From Candidatus Latescibacterota bacterium (GTDB taxonomy: Bacteria; Latescibacterota; UBA2968), in contig OZ242320.1 in assembly GCA_965208125.1 (NCBI GenBank), forward strand, positions 4,320,001 to 4,384,000: 64,000 nucleotides of DNA, given 5' to 3'. Positions 1 to 8,927 of this stretch are shown here, piece by piece (the first letter of the stretch is position 1; each line of letters starts with the position of its first letter). The translations under genes and the position numbers were made by a program. The notes below the pieces were generated by a model, which saw nothing but the letters and a program-made list of their open reading frames with translations, was not told where the DNA came from and did no database searches.

Positions 1-448
1 TATCTCGTGCTTTGAGGAACAAACTCTGTTTGCGTGGGTGAGTGTACCGGAACACATCGGCACACGATGATGTCCGGAGATTTTCCCCATCTGACTTAAA
101 ATCAGCTAGATGGGCTTGAACAGCAGTTGGAAGATTTTCGACTTTCAATGCGCAACTCCCGACTTGATCTCAACGATTGACCACAGGACCAGTTCATCTA
201 CGCTGACCTTCGAATGCTAAACCTGGCCCCAATAGTGCAGTGACAGCGAAAATTCCAGAGAAAAACACGCTCCTCTTCATATAGATAGTCCTTAACCCTT
301 GCCAGTTCGTGGTTCACCTCCAAAACGGAGCAGGTTGCCGTCCAAATCTACGACATGCAACTCGCACGCCCAGGGATTATCGATCAACTCTCCTCTTATA
401 TGCGCACCCGACGATGCAAACTCGTTGTGGGATGCCTTCAATCGCTAA

Positions 449-940
449 TCAGACTGAGGTCAGGTCAAGGGCAAAATGAACCTCGCCGCCAAAATGACCT
501 TCCTGATGGTGGGTGATACGAAAACCGAACCGTTTGTAGAACGCGATAACCTCAGACCATGTAGATGTCGTTTCCAGGACAATGCGTTGAAATCCCAACG
601 TTTTAGCCTCCTGGCAGAGCCTTTCCAGTATTTGCCTACCAATCCCTCGTCTCCTAAACTCCTGTGACACGGACATCCTGACTATCTCTGCTACCTGGTC
701 TGACTTCGGAATCAGCGCGCCCGAGCCAATAATCCTGCCATCAAACCAGGCGACGAGAAATGTGGCATCATCGTAGTAGGCACCGATGTCGTTCAAATCT
801 GGATTTAAGGTTGGGTCATTTTCTCCCCAGTGTTCGGCAAGTCCAGCTAAAATCAGGCTCTGGACAGCTTCTTGATCCTCGCTCTCAAATGGCTTTATCG
901 AGATTTGCTGTGCATCCATTCTATTTTCCTTGTCTTTCAC
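449..940 (-). CDS. GNAT family N-acetyltransferase
   Basis: Acetyl-CoA motif A (VSQEFRRRGIGRQIL) and C-terminal FYKRFGF. Confidence 0.9.
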   Translation of the reverse strand: MKDKENRMDAQQISIKPFESEDQEAVQSLILAGLAEHWGENDPTLNPDLNDIGAYYDDATFLVAWFDGRIIGSGALIPKSDQVAEIVRMSVSQEFRRRGIGRQILERLCQEAKTLGFQRIVLETTSTWSEVIAFYKRFGFRITHHQEGHFGGEVHFALDLTSV

Positions 941-1953
941 TCCTGCCTCTTGGACAATCGCTTATATTCAAGAAATTTCTCTTGAACCAACCCTTTTGCG
1001 AAAAGATCCTTGCTCAGATCAAAGCCTTCCTCCATCGAATCTGTTCGTCCAAAACAGTAGAATGCTGCACCGGCATTCAAACAGACCATGTCCAGAATTG
1101 GTTCAGGGGTCTGGTACTGTAAAAGAGATAGGAAGATTTCTGCATTCTCATCACTTTCACCACCTGGAATCTCACTGTAATCCCGTTTGGCTATCCCAAA
1201 ATCTGAAGGCGAAATTTGGTATTCCCTGGTCACACCTTCAGCCACTTCAAAGATATGCGTGTGCCCAGAAATGGAGATTTCATCAATCCCTGGCTCTCCG
1301 ACAACAATCAAGAAGCGTTTGCGCCCAAGATGGCGGAGCACTTCTACCAGTTGTCTGCCCATATCGACATCAATTGTTCCGAGTATCTGATATTGAGGAT
1401 TGGCAGGATTGCATAATGGAGCGCTGAGATTGAAAATCGTCCTCCTGTCAACCATTTGTCTGGCAGTCACAACTTTTTTCATTACTGGGTGGTATGTGCG
1501 GGCAAATAGAAAACACACATTTGTTCTCTTGAAAATGTCTTCCAATCGGTCGTCTTCGAAATCAAACTCGCAGTCGAGTTTCTCCAGCAAATCAAAGCTT
1601 CCATTCGGTCTCTTTGAGCCTTTATTGCCGTGTTTCACAACCGGAACGCCACCAGCAGATAAAACGAACGCGGCAGTTGTCGATACGTTGAATCGATTTA
1701 AACCACTTCCACCTGTTCCACACGAATCAATGACGTTGGAAGAGAGAGGTACAGGTCTTGCTTTGGTCAATAAAGCTCTCGAAAATCCAAGAATTTCATC
1801 GGCAGTCTCGCCCTTCTCAGAGAATGCTATGAGCAGTTCTGCGATCTGTTTGTCTGGCAGGTTATTTTCCAGGATTGCACTCAGACATTGTTCAGCTTCA
1901 TCGGCCTGGAGAGATTCACCCTCACTGAGTTTATCAACGTATTTCGAGATCAT
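937..1953 (-). CDS. trpD: Anthranilate phosphoribosyltransferase (TrpD-like)
   Basis: CGTGGSG, FNVST, KHGN, RTIFN and GIDE motifs; no other trp genes nearby. Confidence 0.85.
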   Translation of the reverse strand: MISKYVDKLSEGESLQADEAEQCLSAILENNLPDKQIAELLIAFSEKGETADEILGFSRALLTKARPVPLSSNVIDSCGTGGSGLNRFNVSTTAAFVLSAGGVPVVKHGNKGSKRPNGSFDLLEKLDCEFDFEDDRLEDIFKRTNVCFLFARTYHPVMKKVVTARQMVDRRTIFNLSAPLCNPANPQYQILGTIDVDMGRQLVEVLRHLGRKRFLIVVGEPGIDEISISGHTHIFEVAEGVTREYQISPSDFGIAKRDYSEIPGGESDENAEIFLSLLQYQTPEPILDMVCLNAGAAFYCFGRTDSMEEGFDLSKDLFAKGLVQEKFLEYKRLSKRQE

Positions 1954-2257
1954 AGGTGATGCTTCCTATTTACAAAAAAGAGCAGGTGGACCTGTTAGAA
2001 GCGGTGGCGGCTCGACGCCTTTTACATCCGTTTTGGAGCGTGCGATTCCAGCAAAAACGCAAAGGTCACAAAGAGTGCAAGGAATGCCGGAAGGACTGCC
2101 AGCAACAATGGATAGGCCATTTCGCCTGTCATCCCGAGTGCTGCGACTCCAAGCAGCCCCCATCAAGCCGATGGCATACATCCTGTGCAGGTCAGATATC
2201 ATTATCTATGCCTTGTCAGTTAGTTATAGAAGATATATTGAGCCGCCAATCCAAATC

Positions 2258-2280
2258 TCATAACGGTCTCAGCTTACGTA
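2258..2280 (-). repeat. Remnant att-site arm (R' side)
   Basis: Minus strand reads CGTAAGCTGAGACCGTTATGA, resembling the R' arm of the intact hairpins; partner arm absent. Confidence 0.4.
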
Positions 2281-2298
2281 TTTAATATAAAAAATAAA

Positions 2299-2326
2299 GG
2301 AGACTACGAGTTCTTCCGTAGCCTCC
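2299..2326 (-). terminator. Putative intrinsic terminator
   Basis: GGAGACTACG...CGTAGCCTCC hairpin followed by a T-rich tract on the minus strand. Confidence 0.5.
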
Positions 2327-2349
2327 ACTGATGATCTTGCCAATGTGTT

Positions 2350-3519
2350 TCACTTTTTTAAATAGAACTTTTGATCCATTGAAATGGGCTTTGTTTTTAA
2401 GAGGGGGACGGCAAAGCTGTGAATATCCTCTATCATAGCTACAACAAATGTCTCATCCACTCGCCTGCCCCAGTAGAATCCATGGTCTTTGCCTGGATAA
2501 ATTTTCACTTCGACCGTTTTTCTTCCTTTCCTAATCGCAGGAATAATATAATCCATATTGACGTGTTTCAAAGGATGGACATCTCCGTGAAGGACGAGCA
2601 GGGGAGTTTGGAAACGGCTTACTTTGTCTTGAACTTTGGCAATGATATCTGGTGTCCAAAACTTCGCAGGATCGTTGATTGGCTCATATCGAACCGCCTG
2701 GTTAGCTGCGGGTTTCGTCAACATCCCTGCAAAAATAATCGAAGCAGGTTCTCCAGCAACTGCCGCGCTTACAGAGGTTCGACTGATCAGATCCAGCGTC
2801 ATACTACCCCCTCCACTACCCCCCATTACGACAATACTTTCGGAATCCACCTGATCGAGCTTTCGCACAGCTTCTACAATGGCCAGAAAATCCAGAATTG
2901 GTCCTTCAGCCTGTGGATTGTTGGTATAATCCCGACGCGTAGCCTGAACAGTCACATAGCCCAGTGTTAAAAATCGGGTTTGAATGGGCCCTCCTGTCAG
3001 ATTTTCCTGTCGTCTTTCCTGGTTCTGGTATCCGAGACCACCGTGCATAAAGACAATTGCAGGAAACGGCCCATCGCCTGGTGGTACGCGATAAGATGCT
3101 TCTGCAGTTGCTCCATCGTCAGAAGGTGTGCGTAGTTCGTGAATGGGTGAAATAGCTAATGGTATTGACACCGGTTTTACGCCCTCAGCCAATGGAGAAT
3201 TTTCATTGTCACCAGCCATCAGGCGCTGTTCTTCTTCAGTATATTCCCTTTCAGGAGGTGTTGGGTTCAAGCCAAACTCCTCTCGAGAAATAAAGCCGTC
3301 TTTGTTCGAATCCCGTCTATCGAAATTCGCCGCATTACCACTAAACTCTTCCCTGGAAATTCGACCATCCTTATTTGTATCACGCCGAGCGAAGTTTCTC
3401 TCACGCCGTTGTTCCCCGCTTTCATTGGCATCCTGAGCCAGGACAGGCACAGTAAAAAGAAGCACTAACAAAACACTCCGTACAAGGGTCATTTTTTTCC
3501 TATGGCGTCCAATGTGCAA
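2350..3519 (-). CDS. Secreted alpha/beta hydrolase with N-terminal EF-hands
   Basis: Signal peptide; DTNKDGRISREEF and DSNKDGFISREEF; HGG, GGSGGG and HGF motifs. Confidence 0.85.
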   Translation of the reverse strand: MHIGRHRKKMTLVRSVLLVLLFTVPVLAQDANESGEQRRERNFARRDTNKDGRISREEFSGNAANFDRRDSNKDGFISREEFGLNPTPPEREYTEEEQRLMAGDNENSPLAEGVKPVSIPLAISPIHELRTPSDDGATAEASYRVPPGDGPFPAIVFMHGGLGYQNQERRQENLTGGPIQTRFLTLGYVTVQATRRDYTNNPQAEGPILDFLAIVEAVRKLDQVDSESIVVMGGSGGGSMTLDLISRTSVSAAVAGEPASIIFAGMLTKPAANQAVRYEPINDPAKFWTPDIIAKVQDKVSRFQTPLLVLHGDVHPLKHVNMDYIIPAIRKGRKTVEVKIYPGKDHGFYWGRRVDETFVVAMIEDIHSFAVPLLKTKPISMDQKFYLKK

Positions 3520-3567
3520 TTCGAAAAATAAGAGACTTGCAGAATATATTGCGGTGGATCTTATAAG

Positions 3568-4656
3568 TCAAAGCCTATCACCATTCGACAGCCGTGCGAC
3601 CTCCCCGCGCAGTCGGGCATTCTCTGTTACGATCTTGCCAGCGCGAATGTCCGCCTCTCTGAACTTTGCCATGAAAACCGCTCCGTTTGGCGTGCGATTG
3701 TAATCATAAATGATGTAGATTGTTCCATCGCCTGCCTGCACGCCATCGGGATAGGTGACCTTCTCCCGTTCATCCAGCATGAGTCCGCCCTGCCACGTCT
3801 GGCCTTCATCGTCGGATACAAACGCCACCAGTTTCTCGCGTCTCGTTTTTTCGGCCATGGATCCATGTTTGACCAATAACAATGCGCCAGACTTCAAACG
3901 ACGCACAAAAAATCGGGTGGTAGGATGTGGTATTTTAAGACGTTCAACGGGCGTCCAGGTCTTTCCAAGATCGTGAGAAACTGTCTGACCGATGCCACGG
4001 ACTCGTACCAGCATCCAGAGTGAGCCATCCTTTCGCTCAACAATCATCGGTTCATCAGGCCCCCGCAATTCCGCGTTGACAATATTGGCAGTACCCCGAA
4101 GCTCGAAGGTCTTACCCTGATCGCGCGAGGCATAGACCTTGATGCTGTTGTCAGTCTTCCATACAGACGAGGTAAAGAGCCAATCGCCATTCGATAGTAC
4201 CGTTGGTTTGTTCAGCATGATGCCATTACCTAATCGACGCGGTTTCGACCATGTTGGATTCTCAGCATCTGGATTGCTGGTGACAATAGTCCATATGCCG
4301 TAACGGCCATCCTGTTGACCAAAACTCTGTCCCCAGAAAACCCACATCCGATCTTGTGGGTCGGTCCAGATGGAAGCGGACATAGCCCGAACGTCCCTAC
4401 AGGGCAGTATCATGACTTTTGGATCTGACCAGGTGTGTCCATCGTCATCACTACGAATCAAGATCTGGTAGTTTCGCGGGCTTTCGACATCCCGCCCGTA
4501 AACTACCCACAACCGCCCCTTTGCGGTGCGTTCGATGCCTGGCACGCCCTGTCGTGTGGTCGGCGGCACATGCTGTTTCCACGGATTGACAATGACCGTC
4601 GCCGGTTCGAGTGCAATATCGGCATCACGCTGTTTCTCTAGTTCTGCATCTGTCAT
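3568..4656 (-). CDS. BNR-repeat sialidase-like (exo-alpha-sialidase family) protein
   Basis: Asp-boxes SDDDGHTW, SRDQGKTF, SHDLGKTW and SDDEGQTW; possibly N-truncated. Confidence 0.85.
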   Translation of the reverse strand: MTDAELEKQRDADIALEPATVIVNPWKQHVPPTTRQGVPGIERTAKGRLWVVYGRDVESPRNYQILIRSDDDGHTWSDPKVMILPCRDVRAMSASIWTDPQDRMWVFWGQSFGQQDGRYGIWTIVTSNPDAENPTWSKPRRLGNGIMLNKPTVLSNGDWLFTSSVWKTDNSIKVYASRDQGKTFELRGTANIVNAELRGPDEPMIVERKDGSLWMLVRVRGIGQTVSHDLGKTWTPVERLKIPHPTTRFFVRRLKSGALLLVKHGSMAEKTRREKLVAFVSDDEGQTWQGGLMLDEREKVTYPDGVQAGDGTIYIIYDYNRTPNGAVFMAKFREADIRAGKIVTENARLRGEVARLSNGDRL

Positions 4657-5093
4657 GTTGTTTTTCTCAATCTGGGCACCTGAGATACAAACTCACGATA
4701 AAGTCCTTCAATGTCCTCGACGCCTACCCAAACCATCCATTCTCTTGCATGATCTGAAAGGATGACTACATCCATCTTCTCCGCCAGCGATGTAACGAGT
4801 GCGATTGCGCGATTGTCGGATCGAAGAAGGTTCCGCCTTATCGTTTCTCTCAGCCCCTCTACGGTGATTGGCCAGCAATTCTCGGAGATTATCTCGCTGA
4901 GATACTCGTCCTCCGTTATACGCCCCACGAACAAAGTTGCGAGCATATTCCCACCAAAGCATGGCAAGATTTCATCTTGTGGCATTCCCTGTATTGGCTG
5001 AAGTTCTACTTCTATTCCGTACAGGCCAGAAACAAGTACCTCAGAGAGATCGGAAATGATGAGCCTTATCATGGTCTGTGATTCTTTCGGCAA
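4653..5093 (-). pseudogene. Truncated HAD-like hydrolase with a foreign C-terminus
   Basis: IISDLSEVL (motif I-like) and ILSD; the C-terminal HAD motifs are missing. Confidence 0.55.
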
Positions 5094-5340
5094 ATAAGCC
5101 TTGTGGTTTCAAAGCCGAATGGCAGGTAATGTCTTCGACATGCCCGAATTGGGATGGTTGGGCGTCTTTCAATTAATACGGCATCCTATCCGTTTCCATC
5201 AAGATTGCCCTTGAAGCCAATCTTGAACTGCTAGACCAGCGCCGAATGACCAGGGTCGTAATTCCTTTAGATCAGGTCTCTGCTATGGTTAATGCCACCA
5301 TGGTATGATGTTTTTCTTATTGAAGATAAGCTGCACTTGC

Positions 5341-5360
5341 GCCTAACGGCTGCTATTGCC
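5341..5360 (-). repeat. Remnant att-site arm (R' GTTAGGC)
   Basis: Minus strand GGCAATAGCAGCCGTTAGGC, just downstream of the Ham1 stop codon. Confidence 0.4.
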
Positions 5361-5378
5361 GACGCAGGTGTGACCATT

Positions 5379-5975
5379 TTACCACTCATCCAGATTGCGA
5401 TCAAAAAAACTCATAATAGCCCTGGAATCCGGCCTATCCATATAAGCCATGTCTGAAAAATAACATCTACTATCGAGATCGCACATTATCGAATTTAGAG
5501 GCGCACCAGGAATAGTTTTTTGGCTCTGATTTGAAGTAAATAGCACTTCCATTTGCCAACTATGAAGAAGGGGTGCAGCCTCACTGTGAACCAGAGCAAT
5601 ACAATTGTTCCAGGTGCCAAAAGTTGAGTCACCAACAGAACGTATTTTTTTTACATAATGGTCAATAATCTGCTGATCTGTGACCGCTTGCTCATGGGAA
5701 AAAATTCGCCGAACAAAAACGTTAGGTTGCTCCTTATTTGACAATCCATTGATCTCCAGCCCAGAATCGATCGCAAAAGACGGGAGGCCCGATGCTTGAT
5801 AATAAGCTATTGCCTTTTTGATCGCATTCTTTTCAGGGGTATCACCGTCTTCAGTTACATCTAATTTTAGTCCCAATTGGATAGGGTCTATAATTTCCAT
5901 TGAAAACGGCGATAAAATATGTCTAACATGACGAATTTTTTCTTTATTGGTCGTTCCAAATAGAATCTTCTTCAT
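5379..5975 (-). CDS. Ham1/ITPase-like non-canonical purine NTP pyrophosphatase
   Basis: FGTTNKEK, E-x-G-x-T-x-x-x-NA-x-x-KA and DSGLEI motifs. Confidence 0.85.
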   Translation of the reverse strand: MKKILFGTTNKEKIRHVRHILSPFSMEIIDPIQLGLKLDVTEDGDTPEKNAIKKAIAYYQASGLPSFAIDSGLEINGLSNKEQPNVFVRRIFSHEQAVTDQQIIDHYVKKIRSVGDSTFGTWNNCIALVHSEAAPLLHSWQMEVLFTSNQSQKTIPGAPLNSIMCDLDSRCYFSDMAYMDRPDSRAIMSFFDRNLDEW

Positions 5976-6106
5976 TGAAAATTAAACCTCTGTTCTGTAT
6001 AGAGTTAAAACAGTATTTTTTTCTGAATGGATTCAAGATTTTCCTGTCCATAGGATCTCCACGCGATCAGAGGTGCGCTGTTTCTTCAGCGAGTTTTATC
6101 TCGATA

Positions 6107-6520
6107 TTATGATTGCTCTTCATCTGCATCATGAAAATCAAAAAAGGTCAATATGTCATCCCGATCCGAAAATCCACGCGCCGCTTTCATTTTTTTAAGC
6201 TCAGGAGTAGAATCGTCGCGCCAGCCACGCTTTTCCATGAATTGATTCCAAATTTGAATTTCTTCATTATTGGGACGCCTGCCATTCTCAAAACACCATT
6301 CCAGTATCTCTTCATCAGTTCCACCAAGAAGCACCCTTCGAACTAACGCGTCGTAGTCTATTTGAAGAAAGCGAAGGCATCGACTATCAAGTCCAAACCC
6401 ACGATTGTAGTCGTCCGGAAGCTTGCCTTGAGCGTGAAGTCGAATTTTGTCCAGCATTCGTCCGAAGAATACGATCTCTTCTACTTTTTCGTAAGAACTC
6501 CTCAAGTTGGGAATCTGCAT
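6107..6520 (-). CDS. DUF5069-like protein
   Basis: FFGRMLDKIRLHAQGKLPDDY and terminal D-x-DE. Confidence 0.8.
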   Translation of the reverse strand: MQIPNLRSSYEKVEEIVFFGRMLDKIRLHAQGKLPDDYNRGFGLDSRCLRFLQIDYDALVRRVLLGGTDEEILEWCFENGRRPNNEEIQIWNQFMEKRGWRDDSTPELKKMKAARGFSDRDDILTFFDFHDADEEQS

Positions 6521-6559
6521 ATAGTATTTCTCCTGAGATCAGGCGAGCCAAGAGTATAA

Positions 6560-7006
6560 TCAAAGCCTTTGCTGTTGCTTAAGTTGGGGGACAATGTACT
6601 TTCGCAAGATAGGGTTCAGTGGATATTTTCCTGATTCGAGATCCTCCATAGATGCCCAGACGATCTCAAGCACTTCGTCTCGGTCTGGAATAGGTTCTCC
6701 CTCAAAATCTGTTACGTAAGCTCGAATTCTAACTATGTACCGCTCATCGGTTCTTGGAGGGGAGGTTATGCGCGCGTATTCGCCGAAGAATTCAGGATCT
6801 GTGGGGGTTATGTTGAGTTCTTCCATCAGTTCTCTACGTAAGGCATCCAAATCCGACTCACCGTTCTCGACTTTTCCGCCAGGCAAGAGGTAGTCGTCAA
6901 TGCCATCACACTTGACGAGTAAGAGTCCCTCTTGCGTGATCAGAATCCCTGAGATACGATCGATAGTCTTCATTCTTTTCCTCACAAAAGCCAGTTTACC
7001 ACTCAT
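6560..7006 (-). CDS. NUDIX hydrolase
   Basis: Nudix box GGKVENGESDLDALRRELMEELNI. Confidence 0.9.
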   Translation of the reverse strand: MSGKLAFVRKRMKTIDRISGILITQEGLLLVKCDGIDDYLLPGGKVENGESDLDALRRELMEELNITPTDPEFFGEYARITSPPRTDERYIVRIRAYVTDFEGEPIPDRDEVLEIVWASMEDLESGKYPLNPILRKYIVPQLKQQQRL

Positions 7007-7012
7007 CCAGAT

Positions 7013-7756
7013 TCAGTCAGTCTTCTTGAGAATAGACCGGGTGAGATCTGAAAGACATACTCGCTGCTTACCCTGCTTGTCAAAATTGTCTGGGGCTAAC
7101 CATGTGACGAAGGCTTTCTCGAGTTGAGGCCACTCTGAATCAATCGCTGCGTACCATGCGGTGTCGCGATTTCGCCCGTTATAGACCTTTGCTTGGCGAA
7201 AAATTCCTTCAAACGACAATCCCAGGCGTTGAGCGGCCGCACGCGATGATTTGTTCAGGCTGTCGCATTTCCACGAATAGCGTCGATAGCCCAATTCGAA
7301 TGCCTTCTTCATCATCAGGTACATGGATTCGGTGGCAGTTCGCGTCCTCTGCAACTGTGGGGAATAGTGGATATGCCCCACCTCAATAGCACCGCTTGAA
7401 GGTTCGATGTTGACATAGCTCGCAACACCACAGGCTGACTCTGCACCCTTGTCCACGATTGCAAAGAATAGAGGGTCTTCCGACAGACACGTCTTGGTCA
7501 TCCAGTCCCGGTAGCTATCTTTGTCGGAGAATGGACCGTATGCCAAGTATGTCCAACTCCTACCATCCTTATCAAAGGCGTTAGCCTGATACAGGTTATC
7601 AAGATGGCTATCGACTTGAAGTGGTTCCAGCCGACAGAAGCGGCCTTCCATGCATTCTCGCGGTGGATTGGGGGGTGGTGTCCAATCCGGTAGTGCGAAG
7701 CTGATTGGCTGTCCAAGACTATTGGTAATTTCGTTCATAAAGTTAGAAATTTGCAT
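7013..7756 (-). CDS. RimJ/RimL-type GNAT acetyltransferase
   Basis: IEVGHI, WKCDSLN and RNRDTAWY motifs; AGGAG RBS before 7756 (alternative start 7738). Confidence 0.85.
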   Translation of the reverse strand: MQISNFMNEITNSLGQPISFALPDWTPPPNPPRECMEGRFCRLEPLQVDSHLDNLYQANAFDKDGRSWTYLAYGPFSDKDSYRDWMTKTCLSEDPLFFAIVDKGAESACGVASYVNIEPSSGAIEVGHIHYSPQLQRTRTATESMYLMMKKAFELGYRRYSWKCDSLNKSSRAAAQRLGLSFEGIFRQAKVYNGRNRDTAWYAAIDSEWPQLEKAFVTWLAPDNFDKQGKQRVCLSDLTRSILKKTD

Positions 7757-7848
7757 ATGGTATTTCTCCTGTCTCAGGCCCGAAGTGCATCCGTATTCGG
7801 TAAATAGAAAAGCCTTCAAACATAATTCTATAGACAAGTAGGCAGCGT

Positions 7849-8871
7849 ATGCAAACATCTGAACAGACGAAGACCAACCTGAGGCATTACGATTCCCTTA
7901 CCCGAATAGGCCAGGCTCGGCGTCTGCGCGAACTCGCGAAGTCCGCACTGCGTCAATTCGACATTCACGTCCATCGCCTCGAACTCATCAAACACCTGGT
8001 CAACACGACATTTAGACTCCGATCAGATGAAGGAGAATTTCTGGTTCGCGTACACCGGGAAAAAAACCACACCGTTCGCCTGGTCGAATCAGAACTGGCG
8101 TGGCTCCTGGCGCTGTCCAAAGAAGCCGATGTTACAGTCCAGACACCCTATACCGACCCAGACGGCAGAATCGTTGTTTTGGCGGAAGCCGCCAGTGTGC
8201 CCAAAGCTTACCCTGTCACCGTGCTTTCATGGATCAAAGGACGTATCGTGCCTCAGGTGCGTCGGACAGCCAGGCATTACGAAAGCCTCGGACGCCTTGT
8301 TGCCACACTACACAAACACGCGATGCAGTGGGATCCACCTGACGATTTCGAACGCCCTGTCTATGATGCCATTCATCAACTGGGAGAGCTCTCAGTCCGA
8401 CCCTTGCCTGAGTTAGGGCCTCGATACCTACCCGCGCACGTCTTGAGAGATATGGAAGCCGTCTATGAACGGCGTCGAGAAGCTGAAAAGGTGTTGGGCA
8501 CTGGTTGCGATCATTTTGGCCTGATTCACTTCGATCTCAGCTTCAGCAACATCCTGTTCTATGGCGGGGAAGCACTACCGATCGATTTCGATGCGTGTGG
8601 CTTCGGTTTTTATGCCTACGATCTCGGTGTTGCTCTGACAGGTCCATTTGCGTACGAGAACTTTATGGCCCGATGTGAGGCTGTCTTCCGAGGCTATCGC
8701 CAGGTCCTGCCTCTCAGGCGCGAATGGATCGAGTACCTCCCGACCTTCATGGCATCTCGCACTGCTTCCTATATCTTACATGTCGCAGCGGATCCGAAGG
8801 CTGTAGAGTCACAGTGGCGCTCCCTCCTGCGTCCCCTTCTTAAGGCCACTCTTGACCAGTTTCCCTCCTGA
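7849..8871 (+). CDS. APH/homoserine kinase type II-like phosphotransferase
   Basis: IHFDLSFSNI and IDFD; the only non-IS gene of the array on the plus strand. Confidence 0.85.
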   Translation: MQTSEQTKTNLRHYDSLTRIGQARRLRELAKSALRQFDIHVHRLELIKHLVNTTFRLRSDEGEFLVRVHREKNHTVRLVESELAWLLALSKEADVTVQTPYTDPDGRIVVLAEAASVPKAYPVTVLSWIKGRIVPQVRRTARHYESLGRLVATLHKHAMQWDPPDDFERPVYDAIHQLGELSVRPLPELGPRYLPAHVLRDMEAVYERRREAEKVLGTGCDHFGLIHFDLSFSNILFYGGEALPIDFDACGFGFYAYDLGVALTGPFAYENFMARCEAVFRGYRQVLPLRREWIEYLPTFMASRTASYILHVAADPKAVESQWRSLLRPLLKATLDQFPS

Positions 8872-8927
8872 TGTCCTTACATCATTAAGTATCTCCGTTC
8901 TTTGGAGAGCGTGGATTCATCTCTACC

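Noticed and set aside
1-445. Possible gene fragments at the left edge (e.g. minus-strand MKRSVFFSGIFAV...)
   Set aside because: The reading frames are short and interrupted, so no product call is supportable.
1966-2202. 78-aa ORF upstream of trpD
   Set aside because: No recognisable motif, and competing ORFs on both strands leave it unresolved.
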